Source: Perkinsus chesapeaki ATCC PRA-425 (lineage: Eukaryota; Protista; Perkinsozoa). Taken from it: DNA of 47,834 bases. This document shows, in pieces, positions 34,701-47,268 of this stretch (within the stretch, counting starts at the first letter, position 1; every line of letters starts with the position of its first letter). Under the pieces are notes generated by a model that was given only the letters and a program-made list of their open reading frames with translations, did no database searches and was not told where the DNA came from. The position numbers and the translations under genes were made by a program. Location of the stretch: contig JAAPAO010000245.1 in NCBI GenBank assembly GCA_013115145.1, positions 1 to 47,834 on the forward strand, read 5' to 3'.

Positions 34701-37700
34701 GTAGAATTACGTTACTATAACAATAACGTCGTAAGTAGAGTAATTTAAGAAGGCGGCATTGGGTAGAAGAAGGATAGTTTAATTGCATCTTGAAATGATA
34801 TGATATGTTCCTATAGTATTTGTAGCAGTAGTACTGTGTATTGAAATGTTGCCACAGGATGACTCACCGGAGGGGGAGGGATAGATGGAGTACGTTCCTC
34901 CCTGATCAGATAGCCACGTTGAGTATGTGCTTCGATATATCGCTAGAACTATTCGATAGCGCCTTCTGGGTGGCAGAGTAAGTTACGACTGCCCGTATCT
35001 ATATTCAACTAGTATATCTTACCTCTCTCAGTGATAAAGTCTACTTCCACGGATACCAAATGGTCACGGAAAAGGGACTTGGTAATGAGTAAAGGGGGGC
35101 AGCCCATATACTCTACACATACTCGTTTTTGGTTTCTATCCTATTACTGGTGTTTGAAACTCCACATCACGACACTTGATATTGCGTGAGAAATCAAAGT
35201 GAAAATAGGACCTGTTCTATTTTATTCCGTCGGCCTGCAAATACGTCAGTCTTGTACGGTGATGGAAAAATCGTGATAGTTTGTTGCATTTCTGAGCATG
35301 CGATTATTGCGCCGCTATGGCGGGGAAATTTCTTGGGGATCAACGAGGGAAATCGTTCGACTGGTTATGTCGATATTATTATGCGCATCAATATAAGCTC
35401 CTAGCTTGTATTGTTATTTAATCTCAGCAAAGCATCTTCAAATATCTCAACTGGTCTGCGTTCTAACTCTCACGCGTCTGTACAGGATGGCAAGGGCTTT
35501 AGGTAGGCCTAGGCAGCAGAGGCAGGTGTGATGGTAGTGTTGGTATAGTAGGGTTGTATTATTCAGGTATGTTATTGGAACATATAAGAAGTAATGAAAT
35601 GAATAAGTTGGAAGATGAGATTTTATACCGTCGACTTCAGTTGATGTTTGCATGTATGTCGGAGAAGGGTATATGTGGAAAGTATAGTTGGGTGATCAGG
35701 TATGGATGAAGATAATGATGGATATATCTGGCCGAATGATTTTGCCCATGCGATGACCTACTTCGGGTTGGTATCTGAGGAGAAGGCTGTTGAGGTACTC
35801 ACGCTCATCGAACATTTTTGCCTTGTGCGGAGACATAGTAGATTTTTTGAAGTACGTTTGTATAAGAAAGCCTCTTTTGTTTGGCATGCTCGAATGAGCA
35901 TCAGAGGCCTCAGTTAGGCCTTAGGAACATTTGGCCTTGCTATCTGGTTCCCTGCCAGGGCCAGTATTTCCTCATCATCACTCCAATCAGATTGCGCGCT
36001 CTCTGAAGCAGTCCTACCGTGAAGAAGATAAAGCCAGGGCTTTTTTGAGGATATCCGCAGGTTAGCCGTCTTCTTGGTGTGACGGCGAATCTGGTTTTGT
36101 CAGGGTGTCCTCCGCCGCCCATGGCTGGTATGGCATTTGACGAGTTCAAGGTAAGTGGGTTACGCTGCTGGACTGTTGGCCGTCACACGCAGGCTCGGAA
36201 CGACTCTGTCCAAAAGCACTATAGGAATTAACGATACCCTCCTTCCCGTTTAATCTTGGTATCAATCTATCCAACTGATACCTATCTAGTGGCTTTCAAA
36301 TCCTTAACCTCTTCAACCGTTAGAGTCCAACGCTAAGCCACTGAGTGTAGATTCACCATCGGAAGGGCTAACTTATCTCATCGTAGATATCGTTCTACCC
36401 TTTCAGGTCGAAGTTCTCAACCTTGACCGAAACGACAAGCTGCGATCATGCGCCAGAGAGACGTTGAACCAGCGAACACAAACGTAATGTCTTGTACTAC
36501 TATTATTATTGGATGCTTGAGGTTATTAATTAAGGTATGCGGCACTGGCCACTATGGCCGAGACCACGGCAATAAAGATGATTTTTGGTTTCACCATCCT
36601 TCTTATTTCGGCCATATATCTCTTCAACGACGGTTACGGTATCAAAAGTCCTGCCAGCTCGCTCAGTATGATCGACTCCCTTTATAGATTTCAAGGTAGT
36701 CGTCGTCGCTTGCTGTCTTGGTCTTGATGTCACTTATTGTTGTTAGCCATGAACCTCAAGAATACAACTGCCGTTCTGGAGAACCAAAGCCAACAGCTGC
36801 TAGCATCCGTGCCAGATCGCTTTATTATAGTAAGCAGCAGCAGCCATACCACACTTTCCTTTGATCATCGTTGAATTAGGTCTACTATAAAATTGGGGGC
36901 GCTGATGGTCCTTGGGATATCGATCGACTGTCAGGAACAGCGTACTGTCCGCCTCCGCTCCTCTATCACATTATCCCATTTTAATTGTTGTTCTCATCAC
37001 CAAGGTACAACAACCGCAGATTCTTCGATCGTTTGCTAGTACAAGCGGGAGTGGGCGCTGTGGGTCCGATGCCGTCCAGTGTGGTGCTGGAAGTCCGCTC
37101 CCTGTGGATTGAGTTCGGTTTTGACTCGGTAGGGGTCCAGGATGGTATTCGCCTCGCAGGTTTTTCCCATTTTTCTATCAGATATTCATGCTTATCATAG
37201 CTGCGGTTCTGGTCTTCTTCGCCTCCTTTTTCTTTATGAGAAGCTTCAACAAGATAGGTGTCTCGATAATCTATCCCTTGCGTAACACATAGTCGCTTAT
37301 TTGTGCCGTATCCTACACGGTCCGCAGGTACCATGGTGGACCGTTTAGAGCAGTTGGCCGTCTTCGAGTATGCCGCTGTTGGTAATCACGAGGTTAGTGG
37401 CATAGTGTAAGTGCTTGAGCCGACAACAACCCATGTCAGGTTTTTGCGACTACCGGTGCAACCGAGAGCGGTGGCGGCGGCTCACCCAACGAGATGTCTA
37501 CTAGTAAGGCTAGGTCACCTTAACCCATTCGGGGAGGAATGTTATGTCATTCTCGAAAGCGGCGTGTTTCATTGGCGGTAAAGTTGGAATATTTCCGGTA
37601 CTTTGTATTTCTCGCTCCTCATAGTAACGATGCTCCCGTGAGTGGAGTAGCTATTACTATAGGCTCTATTGTCGAGTGTGTATGGATATGATAACCTAGC

Positions 37701-40380
37701 AGGAGGAGTTTAGTAAGTTGGATGAAGTATACGTCCAAATCTAATAATCTGATAATATACCCTTCTCCGACATACATGCAAACATCAACTGAAGTCGACG
37801 GTATAAAATCTCATCTTCCAACTTATTCATTTCATTACTTCTTATATGTTCCAATAACATACCTGAATAATACCCACACCACCATCACACCTGCCTCTAC
37901 CTCCATTCAATTCAGAAAACAAGTGTCTCGCATTCCTTGGTTACGGTGTGGATAATCGAGCCGCCAACGGCTACTTCAACGAGATCAAAGACCTGGACCA
38001 GAGCCTCACTAGAGTCCAGCTGATGATATCTTCTTGGGCTAAATACTGCCCCTATGACGTGGTAAGGTCAACTATCAACTTGCCATGCGCTGATTCGTCA
38101 TCTAAGGTGCGCATGATCCTTCGAGCGGGGGAGGAGGTGGAGCTGGGGGTGGCGCCACAGCCTGTCACGATCTTTTTCTCTGACATCGAATCCTTCACTA
38201 CAATTTGTGAGATGCTGCCACCGAGCCAGGTAGGTAACGGTAACTGTCTGATGAGTACGTTATTGTATGCTGCTTTCAGGTGCTGCGCTTCTTGTCAACA
38301 TACTTCACACTGGTTAGCGAGATTATCACCGATAATCAAGGTGGGCTGCTGTTGGAGAGTTGAACAGCGAACGAAAATGCCAAGCAATTTTAGAGTCTAT
38401 TTCCGCAGTATGATTACCTATTTGTATGGGTTATTTCCATTCCCTCCTCCACCAAAGCCCTTCCGCCATTCCCATACTCTATACCATTTCCCGAGCAACC
38501 ATCAAGCGTTTAGTATGAACACACTGTTGATAGATATTAGGGATTCATAGTCTTGTAGGGTGTGTTATTAAGTTTGCCTATATTCATTTATATATCGGTA
38601 TCACTATACGCCTTTCCCCGCTGTGGTACTCGCACAGATCTGAATAGGTCTGTGACTTATTGTGTAGCATTTCGTTTGATCTATTATAGTTTCAGTAAGG
38701 CGAATACGGTAGGCTTGGTTGTAGGTACTTTGTTGGAGTTCCTTGGTGATGGTATTTTAGCGGTATGGAATGCTCCCCTGGCTGTCAGCAACCATTCAGA
38801 ACGCTGTCTCATTGCAGCTATGACTATGCAGGTGAGAAGGAGAAGGAGAATGAGAGAGGCAAATGGGGGCATATCAACCCATTCGCACTTTGTGTCGCAC
38901 ATTTATTCTCAACACACATATTTGTTATATTATTTTCACCCATTCTCCTCGGCTACAACGGAGGAGGGCGCGGCTTTGCTTAAAGTGTAAAATTTTTAAT
39001 GTACTGGTGGCATCGCAATAAGCCGATTAATAGCATTGTTCTTATCCTTCTGTTTTGTCTTCTTCTTTTTCTTCCTTTCCCATTCCATGTACGGCTTGCT
39101 GGCGTGTGAGCTAGATGAGCTCTCAGTAGCTAGCTCGTCGATGTTTGTTATTTAGGGAATGGTTGATCGCCTTTCCCAGCAAGATCCCACCTGGCGCCAA
39201 GCCCTTAAGATGGTGCATAAGCCCACTTTACGAGTCCGCATGGGCATTCATACCGGTATCACCCTCCGCCTGTCATTGCCATCGATAGAAGTGCTGTGGC
39301 CAATTCAGGTCAATGTCTAGTAGGAAACGTCGGCGCACCAAGTCGCATGAAGTATGGCTTGCTGGGCGATAGGGTCAATACAGCGAGCCGGCTCGAGAAC
39401 TGCAACAAAAGATACGACACTAGTGTAGGGGCAATTCGATAGGGTTAAGCAGGTCATCGTTATCGTAGGTCATCATTTCTGAGTCTGTCTGGATGGAGCC
39501 CGGCGTTGCCGATCATTTCGTGTGTCGTCCGTTGGATAGGGTCGCAGTTAAAGGGAAGTCGGAGGGGCTGACCATCTTGGAGGTGAGCAACAAGGCAACC
39601 TTGCAAGAAGAAGGCAAGGGGTGAACTTACTGAAGGTCGTCGATTCATCTGGGGTGGTCGAATGGGCTGCTGAGCACGGTGGTGGGTGTGGATCGGAGGG
39701 CAACGGCACCTACCAGCTGCTCATCTTAGCTGCAGCAGCAGCTACTACTACGAAAAGCGGGCTCATACTTTATCTGTAGCCGAATCCGTATGGATTAGAG
39801 TCATTGATAAAGTTGCTTATGTCATAAGAATTGAATATCAAGTAAAATGATCGGGGATGGCAATAGAAAGTATTGGGTTCAAAAGCTAGAATAGTGATTA
39901 GTATTTTACTGAATGACAAATCTGCATCAATGCTACTTGATTGCTGGGCATTCAAGCACGATGATTGTATGTCATTCGAATTGGTCCGATTTGGGTTATT
40001 GCAGGTCATGACCACCCGGGAGGACGCTACTCCCGAGCAGATGGTGCTGGCAGGCTTGCATATCAAAGCCCTCGAAGCCTATCGAAACCGGGACTTCGAA
40101 GTTGCCATTAAGTTACTCGACGAGTGCGAGAAAAGGTAAGTGTTGTCCAACGAGTGAGACGGTGATGGTATCGTCCTGCGATAGATCTCGAGACATCGGC
40201 GATTCTTGGGTAGCGCCCCGTCGACTGAGGGATCAGGCAGCATATTACCGGCAGCACCCTCCAGTGGTAGGTCTGGTGGGACCTTGTTGAGGGGGTAGTT
40301 GGTGTGTCGCTTGTTCAGGATGAAAACTGGGATGGAACAACACGCCTGAATCACAAGTCCTTCGACGACACTCCGCAATG
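31799..40380 (+). CDS. Membrane-bound class III nucleotide (adenylyl/guanylyl) cyclase with an N-terminal EF-hand-like loop (multi-exon; 5' start uncertain)
   Basis: Catalytic exons: VTIFFSDIESFTTICE, DNQG|TLLEFLGDGILAVWNAP, RVRMGIHTG|QCLVGNVGAPSRMKYGLLGDRVNTASRLE, RPLDRVAVKGKSEG, and the C-terminal end DENWDGTTRLNHKSF (TGA at 40378-40380). Upstream exons include DEDNDGYIWPND (EF-hand loop, about 35705) and a TM helix (IKMIFGFTILLISAIYLF, about 36570). Exon-like segments at 31.8-35.0 kb are assigned to this gene tentatively. Confidence 0.8.
32420..32606 (+). repeat. Intronic minisatellite, 10 copies of a 19-bp unit (AAAGGTGTTATATAATAAT)
   Basis: Read directly from the sequence. Copy 3 is 16 bp (one AAT missing), and copies 2, 6 and 10 begin AACGG instead of AAAGG. 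Confidence 0.97.
34121..34202 (-). repeat. Intronic minisatellite, about 4.3 copies of a 19-bp unit (ACCCTTTATTATTATATAT), the reverse-complement relative of the 32420 array
   Basis: The reverse complement of the unit contains TATATAATAATAAAGG, the same 16-nt core as the 32420..32606 unit. Confidence 0.9.
35556..35674 (+). repeat. Left arm of a perfect 119-bp intronic inverted repeat
   Basis: Checked base by base as the exact reverse complement of 37755..37873. A further 18-bp match lies at about 35518-35535 versus 37881-37898. Confidence 0.96.
37755..37873 (-). repeat. Right arm of a perfect 119-bp intronic inverted repeat
   Basis: Reverse complement of 35556..35674. The ORF track shows the same spurious peptide (MQTSTEVDGIKSHLPTYSF…) on opposite strands at the two sites. 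Confidence 0.96.
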
Positions 40381-40575
40381 AAGTTGTTTATTACGCACAT
40401 TTACCAGGTTTAATTTCTACCATACTTTTGCCAAATCCTCCCTCGTATAAGGCTTTGCCGCTACAGACTCTGTTCAAGCAGCCTAGCTAGTAGTAGTATC
40501 ATTGCATTCCTCTTGCTTTCGCTCCCCCTTCCCCGTTTTGCGTTGTTCTCCTTTGCTACTTCCTGTTAGCTTGTT

Positions 40576-43500
40576 ATGTCACGGTACTCCTATGGGGGTG
40601 ACCGAGGCCCCCCACCGCACGACTCGGCACCTTCCCAGCTCACAGGTTCGCTCCAGCCGGTGAGCTCCGGCGAGTCTGGTGTGGCAGTTAGCATTATCCA
40701 GCAGCTTGAGGTGAAGCCCACACTGGGTAGGTCTATGTGGTTTGGCTATGGTATGCGTCCTTTAGGGCATCAACCTTTGATTCCTCCCAATACGGAGTTC
40801 GCTGGAAAGTACTCTGCCGTACGACGCCTCGGCTACGGCACCTTCTCAGAGATCTATTTGGGAGCTGAGATTGGCGCTGGTAGTCTTCCACGGAAAACTA
40901 TATCGGTTTTCGTGTGTCACCGAGTCGTGTTCCTCCACCTCACCTTTACAAACGGAGTATCTTCACCGCTAAGTGCAAAAATATTATTTGCTTCCTTTTT
41001 CAGCAGACGCCACAGTCCCCCCGATCGCATTGAAGGTTGAGAAGCCTCTTCGGTGTGTGCCCAGGGTCCTGACCTACGAGGCCAAAGTCATGCAGTGGCT
41101 CAAACGGCATGATCCCAGTATAGCGATACCGCAGGTGGGCCGCCTACTCTCGGACGGATGCAGCATCAATCAGAGAAATTTCCGCGAATCTTCACCGAAG
41201 ATATCGCGAAATTGCGCAAAATTTTCTCGAGAGACCCAGAAAAACCTTTTTCCCTGTCGTCCAACCTCCAGCCTGGTATCGTGTATGGTGGTTGGTAGCT
41301 TGGAAGCTAGGACGGTAGAGAATGTTCCATCGCTCTTGGCAGGTGTACTTCCTCGGAACTGATATGGTCATAGTCCCCTGGGGGCCTGAGTATCCTACAA
41401 CTGTTGTTGCCATGCAACTGTGTCCTGGTAATAAGAATGGCTTGTCCCCTGTGGCTTGTTGAAGTGGTTTTTAGGGGAATCTCTGTCGGTGGTGCGAAGA
41501 CGCATAGGAAAGTTCTCACCGTTCAGCTTGGCAGCACTTGGTCGGGGGATGCTCGAAACACTTCACAGAATGCATAAGTAAGGGAAGGATAAGATAAAGC
41601 AATGTGTCATCAACACTGATAATGATATCCATAAACAATATCACTATGAAAATAGGTCTATATTATTTTATTGCTGCATAGGCTCGTGTGGCATGAAATG
41701 TCACAGCTCGTACACCGTTAATACCTCATGGGTAGGGCTTCAGTGTAGCCGACCGCAACTTAGATCGAATTTGGTAAAACGGGGTGCTGAAGACTCGAGA
41801 TCAGAAACACCAGGAATGCTACAGACTCACAGTTGTTCATATTTCAATTAAAAGCCACCTCCCTTATTATCTTGCACTACCCGACAGCGTACTATATTAT
41901 AAATAATGATCAACATACTGTTTTTACAGCATAGGGGGCAGGGGCATCATGGCCGTAGTAGCACTGTAGCTGGTGTTTTGATTAGGCTGGGGTACATTCA
42001 TAGAGACGTGAAGCCGTCCAACTGGCTGGTTAGCTCTTGCCCAGAAGGTGGGTGCATTTCAAAGCACACTTGATGGATGTAGCAGTAGATACTACCGAAG
42101 GTGGTCCACCGCCGAAGCTTGAGGCATTGCTGATAGACTTCGGTCTGGCCAAGAGGGTTGATGCAACACATTCGCCTGAGGAGGACAGAGCTCTCTATGC
42201 TGCCGATGACCAGCCGCCGCGTAAGACCATTTTTGCGTCGCGCCTGGGATTTCTACCGACACTTCAGGTACCACTCAAGCGCACTCATTCCGTGGGACCA
42301 CCAACTACGTATCTCCTAGTGGAGGGCATCTTACTTACATAGATGACTACTGGAGCCTGGCCTTCGTGTAGGAGGAGCGGTCTGGAAAGGGAAGCATTTG
42401 GTTTCTGTTAGCTTCCTGGATTTGGCACTCGGTGGGCTGCCGTGGAAGTCCTTGGAGCGAACAAGCAGCGATGAGTTAGGCAGCTCCGGGGAGCCACTAA
42501 CTCAGAGAGAGAAAGTTGCAGAGGTATGCTGCTGCCTGCTTTGGTCACGGTCATACCATCTTTTCCTCAGATCAAACGGGATCTGGTGAGATATGCGACA
42601 TATAGGGCCAAAGATTCACCGGCTCTCGCATGCTTTGGTAAGCCATGCCGTATTATCAACATCGGTTGGAGGGGTCGATAATGTATATGATTGTAGGAAG
42701 GCTCGTCAGTTGGCCCCAAGCTTCACTGTAATGTAGATTTCCCGAATGGGCTCACGGATGGAAAAGAATTTACCGGAATTTTTCTGATTTCTCAAAAAAA
42801 TTTCCGTGATTTGCGAATGAACAGCATTGTTCTGCAATATGTAGGAATTCAGGGAACTAACGCATGTAAGAATATACATATGTATATCACAGCCTCTTAA
42901 TGACTCATTAGAAAGTTAGTGTATATCATTAGTTAGGTCTCATGACTCACTACGCGGCTGGCCGTAAGTGGGGCTGGAGTCTGATCAGATGCGAGTAAAT
43001 TTTTCCTTCGGATATCTCATCTTTATGATGCGAGAACTTGAAATCCGTTGTCGCCAGCGTTTATACCCACAACACCGAGGAAATATGAATACCCAGTCTA
43101 ATATTAGGGATGAGATGTTGAGCCATGGCTTAGTAGGTCATCACCACTATAGTGCCCACCTACCCTCCTACTCGGAATCATCATCTTAATGACACTGTCT
43201 TGGCTGATGTTATCACATCATTTACTTCAGCCGGTCCTAGAGCTTCTTCCCTTCCCCAGAAGTCCACCCCACCTTCAGAGGTCTTTGAAGCTGTCCCCAC
43301 GGAGCTGCTGGAGTTGGTCCGAACCTCTAGCAATCCGCTATGATAGTTGCCTTCTGATCAGGTTGCACTGGTGGACGTCGCCTCAACCCGTGTGGAGTCC
43401 ATGGCTGGCTCTGGCGGCGAGGAGGCAGCGGCAAAGGCGGCAGCAACGCTCATGGATGGCCTATACAAGACAATGGACGGTGATAGTTTCGTGGCGCGTG

Positions 43501-44059
43501 ACACTTTACTTGTACTCTTCAGATATCCTTCTTCGGCTTCTCAATCGGCTAGGTCGGGGATCTACTAGCGATCCGGTGGAGATCGCCGTGCGAGTCCACG
43601 GTGAACTGATGGTCCAGAATCCGTTGGTGAACCCCTCACTGTCCGCTCGCTGTAACCAGACAGGTCGTGCCAGGCTCCACCTCCTGTCCACCACTCACGG
43701 CGGTCGACGGCTAGCGTATCGGCATCGTCAATGGAGGACGGAAGCGACCGGGAACGGGTAGGATTCTCATGCCCCTGTTTGGGGACAGAAGTTGTGTGCA
43801 GTCCCATGGCCCACCACCGCCTCTGACCAGTCCCAGTGATCTCACCGATGATGTCACCCTTGTTTCTACGGACACTATAATAAGCCGGCTGGGTAGGTAA
43901 GGATGTAAATGCCGATATAACAGCCCCACTTCAGCGGAGGAGTTCGGCTCGTCGATCGATGGGCGCTTGGACCACATTCTCGATAAGGTCATCACGACAG
44001 ACAGAGTGCCCGGGGTTCTTAGGAGGCACGATGTCGAGATCGAGCTCACGGACAAGTAG
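40576..44059 (+). CDS. Divergent casein kinase 1 (CK1/TTBK-like) family Ser/Thr kinase (multi-exon)
   Basis: Motifs in order: RLGYGTFSEIYLG, IALKVEK, LTYEAKVMQWL, AMQLCP|GESL, GYIHRDVKPSN, LIDFGLAKR, VGTTNYVS, DDYWSL, GGLPWK. A long C-terminal tail follows, ending …VEIELTDK* (stop inferred at 44059). Confidence 0.85.
41170..41255. other. Intronic segment with phased A/T tracts (about 11-bp period) in the kinase gene
   Basis: Tracts start at about 41176, 41187, 41198, 41209, 41218 and 41240. Confidence 0.6.
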
Positions 44060-44188
44060 GCCCCATGTGGTTATTTGTGGATTATTCCGTATTTTTCTGT
44101 AGACTGTCGCGCGATAACGTTCGGCTCATGTGTGCATTATTTCAAGCAAGTGATTTGGGCAACATCGGCCATATGAGCCTCGACGACC

Positions 44189-46756
44189 ATGGACAGTAGG
44201 ACATCGCTCTTATCCCCCTCCCCCCTCGGCAGGGTCCTTCAGGCCGCTTTGCTTGTGGTATCTATTCCGTGGCTCCTGCCCTTTGGGGGACACTTGTCCG
44301 CTAAAGCATCCACAGGCGCTACAGTGGGGAACCGAACCCGGAAAACAGGCCAATCGGCTATGCGCGGATCAACTGCTCACAGGTCAGCCCTTTTCCCGCC
44401 GGGCGAGGCTCCGATTGATATATCACAGTTATCGATCACGTGATCGATTTGGTCTCTATAGTTGTACGATAGACGTGGAGTAGATTCCCAAAAGGAGCTT
44501 CATAGGAAAATATACATCCCGGAGTTGTAAAATAAAACGCTTTTTTCCGAATTGCTACGACGCCGTTGTAGCATAGATGATGTTAGTGTGGTAAGGTGAA
44601 GTCCCAAGGATGACTACCTCAACGGAAATCGGAGCATTCTACTTAATCGATCGGCCGTTTCGTGACTAGTTTTTGATGAAAATATCTTTTGAAAAGCACC
44701 GCCACCAGCAGCGTCCTTCAGGTCGCTGTCGAGACCCAATGCGATGCAACCGAGTGCACAAGTTCGGTAGTGAAGAAGTTGAGGATTATGTAAGCTCATC
44801 GCCGCCGCCGCTGCGACGCACATTCATGTCACGTCAGTTGATGACCGGTCGTGTCCCTCGTAAAGAGCCAGCGGGCCTTGTGCAGGAGCCACCCGTTGCG
44901 CGGCCTGCCCCGCCGTTCCTGGCTCACATGCCACCTAAACGGAAACGTAAGAGATCGAGACAGCTCACCGGTGAACCAAAGGCTCACTGGATAACTACTG
45001 CTACGCCACACCTTCCTCAGGTAGCAGCTCCTATGCTGCCTACCATCAACAGCAAATGCAGGGATATGGCGGCGGGGCCCCAGGGATGGGTTGGGGAGGA
45101 GGAGCCGGACCACAGTACGCTCATAAAGGTCGAAGCTGATTTCACCTTCCTAAGGCGTTGCGTTTGCTCCCGCTACTCTTCCTTGGAATTCAGTACCCAT
45201 TCAAATGACTATGCTGTCCACTCCTCGGTCCACCGCGTTCGGCATCCTTCGTCTGGCATCACCACCGCTGTTTCGGAGGCTGTCTACGGTAGCGACTGGA
45301 GATGTGGTCCGGCAAGGCGAACTTTTGCTTGGCGTCTCCATGGGCAAACTCTTTGTCGGGTAGCGGCCATATCGGCCATGTTTGACTTACAGGCGATTCA
45401 GATATGCAGTGTTGGACTACCAAACGAGCGGACCAGTCAAGTTCGGCTTGATAGATGTTCGGGACTCCACCGATGTAAAGCCGTCAACAGCAAATGCATT
45501 TGCTGAGAATCTCCATCAGGTTCACCAGCGGGCAGATCAAGTGACTTCGGCTCTGCGGGCTGTCAAGGAGGAGCGGGAAGCAGACGTGCGTTGGCGCCGC
45601 CGCTGCCGAGCTTTCCCTTCTAATCGTTGCTATTATTCAGTTTAACAGCGATCATCCTGATGCAGCCACCACCGAGGGGCTACAGTGGCACATAGGGTAT
45701 CAGGAGCATCTTCATGGATACCCACACAAAAGGGGATCGACGCAGCGGAAGTATCTTGATGGTCTCAAACTGCACGGTAACTGCTTGGGCTTTATACCAC
45801 TTTCTGAATGTGGAAGTCAGTTTAAAATTTGCTTGCTACTGTAGCTCTGCTTGTTCAAGCTCGTATGGTGGGGGAGCGAATTGCTCGGTGATACTTAGGA
45901 AATATCGAAATATTTTGATCAAACACCAGCCGTTAGTGCTGCTGAGATGTGCCAAAATCGATCGTTGTTGGATTCCTTCACCGACATAGTTCGAGTCAAA
46001 CATGCATATAGTTCAAGATTGAATCAGGTATCGTCCAACATGACCTTCATAGAGTCTTCAACCCCCCTGGCGTGGAGCCTCCTAGGGTCAAGATCTATCC
46101 TGTGGCCAGTCGAGTTGCTAGGCGATTTATGGTAGGGCTAATACACCGTCAGCCTGTAACACTACTTGGTATCTTAGCTCCATGCGCGCATTGCTATAAT
46201 CTCTGAAAACATATTAACCTCACTGTTACTCCTTTTACAGCATAACTCCATATATTATCTTTGTCGGTAATATCCTTTATATCCTCCCCGAATATCCTTC
46301 TATCCAATCCCTCAAGCACCTGCCCTCGCTCAGGGAGTCGAGAACGTCGGCCAGCCATCCAGAATGGAGCTGCATAGACTAGCTGTGGAGGAGGTACAGC
46401 AGCAGCACCACCTCATAATAGAACCGCACTCTACAGATTTAGATACCGGATTTCCCCGCACTCTACCATCAGAACGGCCAGCTTAACGAATGCGTCTATT
46501 ATATGTCAGACGCTTGGGCTGTGGCTGCCTACACCAAGCAGCTCGTACAGGTGGCAGCCTCTGTGGAGGATTGCACGGTCATCTGTGATGTTTGTAGGCA
46601 GCGCGGTTTCAAGCAGACACCACAGCTTTTGATCGAGCGAAGGCGAGTGTGATGAAGAATAATAAACATATAAGGGAGCTCATAGAGGCCAGAGATGCGG
46701 CTAAGACGAGGCGGATAGCTCGGGACCTCGACGATGTAGGTCCCGGAAGGCGTTGA
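44189..46756 (+). CDS. Tandem CCCH zinc-finger protein (multi-exon; 3' end uncertain)
   Basis: Spliced MD|RSFRPLCLWYLFRGSCPLGDTCPLKH is one C-x8-C-x5-C-x3-H finger, and LCADQLLTG|RCRDPMRCNRVH is a second finger split by an intron. A basic PKRKRKR NLS-like stretch follows. Further + strand exons run to a probable stop at 46756 (possibly as far as about 47163). Confidence 0.65.
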
Positions 46757-47268
46757 GGAGCGCCGGTCTTCTTGTAGAGAACGTGTCGTTTATAGTAACG
46801 CATGTGATATAGGGTTCACTGCAGCCGGCAAAATGGTCGGCGGCCAATATACCGATATCGTCGTATAGTCGTTGGTGAGTCCCATAGAGTTTCCCACAAT
46901 CTTTAGTTGGAGCGATTCCATCGTGGGCATTGCTGTCCATGAGAGTTCATCGCTTCGGAAACCAGTACCAGCTTTTTAGTACTCTCCTCCACACACTGAA
47001 GACGCTGATAGGTTCCTGAGCATCCTCACTTCATTGGTCTGCCCTCATCCGTAGGTAGTCAACAGTCGAGTTGAGAAGCTCGCCACGGACATGTGGATGA
47101 AATCTAAAAGACGAGCCGAGCGAGAAGCTGAAAAATCCTCAGAGCAAGTTGGTGCCAATTGGTGATGCATTGTTTCTGTACGTGCATGTTTCCGCCTTTC
47201 CTATTGCCTTGTGTTCGTAGTCGTCAATTACAATCAGGATTGCTTATCTTCATCACCTGCCGTCTTTC

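Noticed and set aside
6018-46756. Co-occurrence of mRNA-decay-related genes (PARN, EDC4-like, tandem CCCH) as a functional cluster
   Set aside because: They are separated by unrelated housekeeping genes and lie on different strands. There is no evidence beyond chance.
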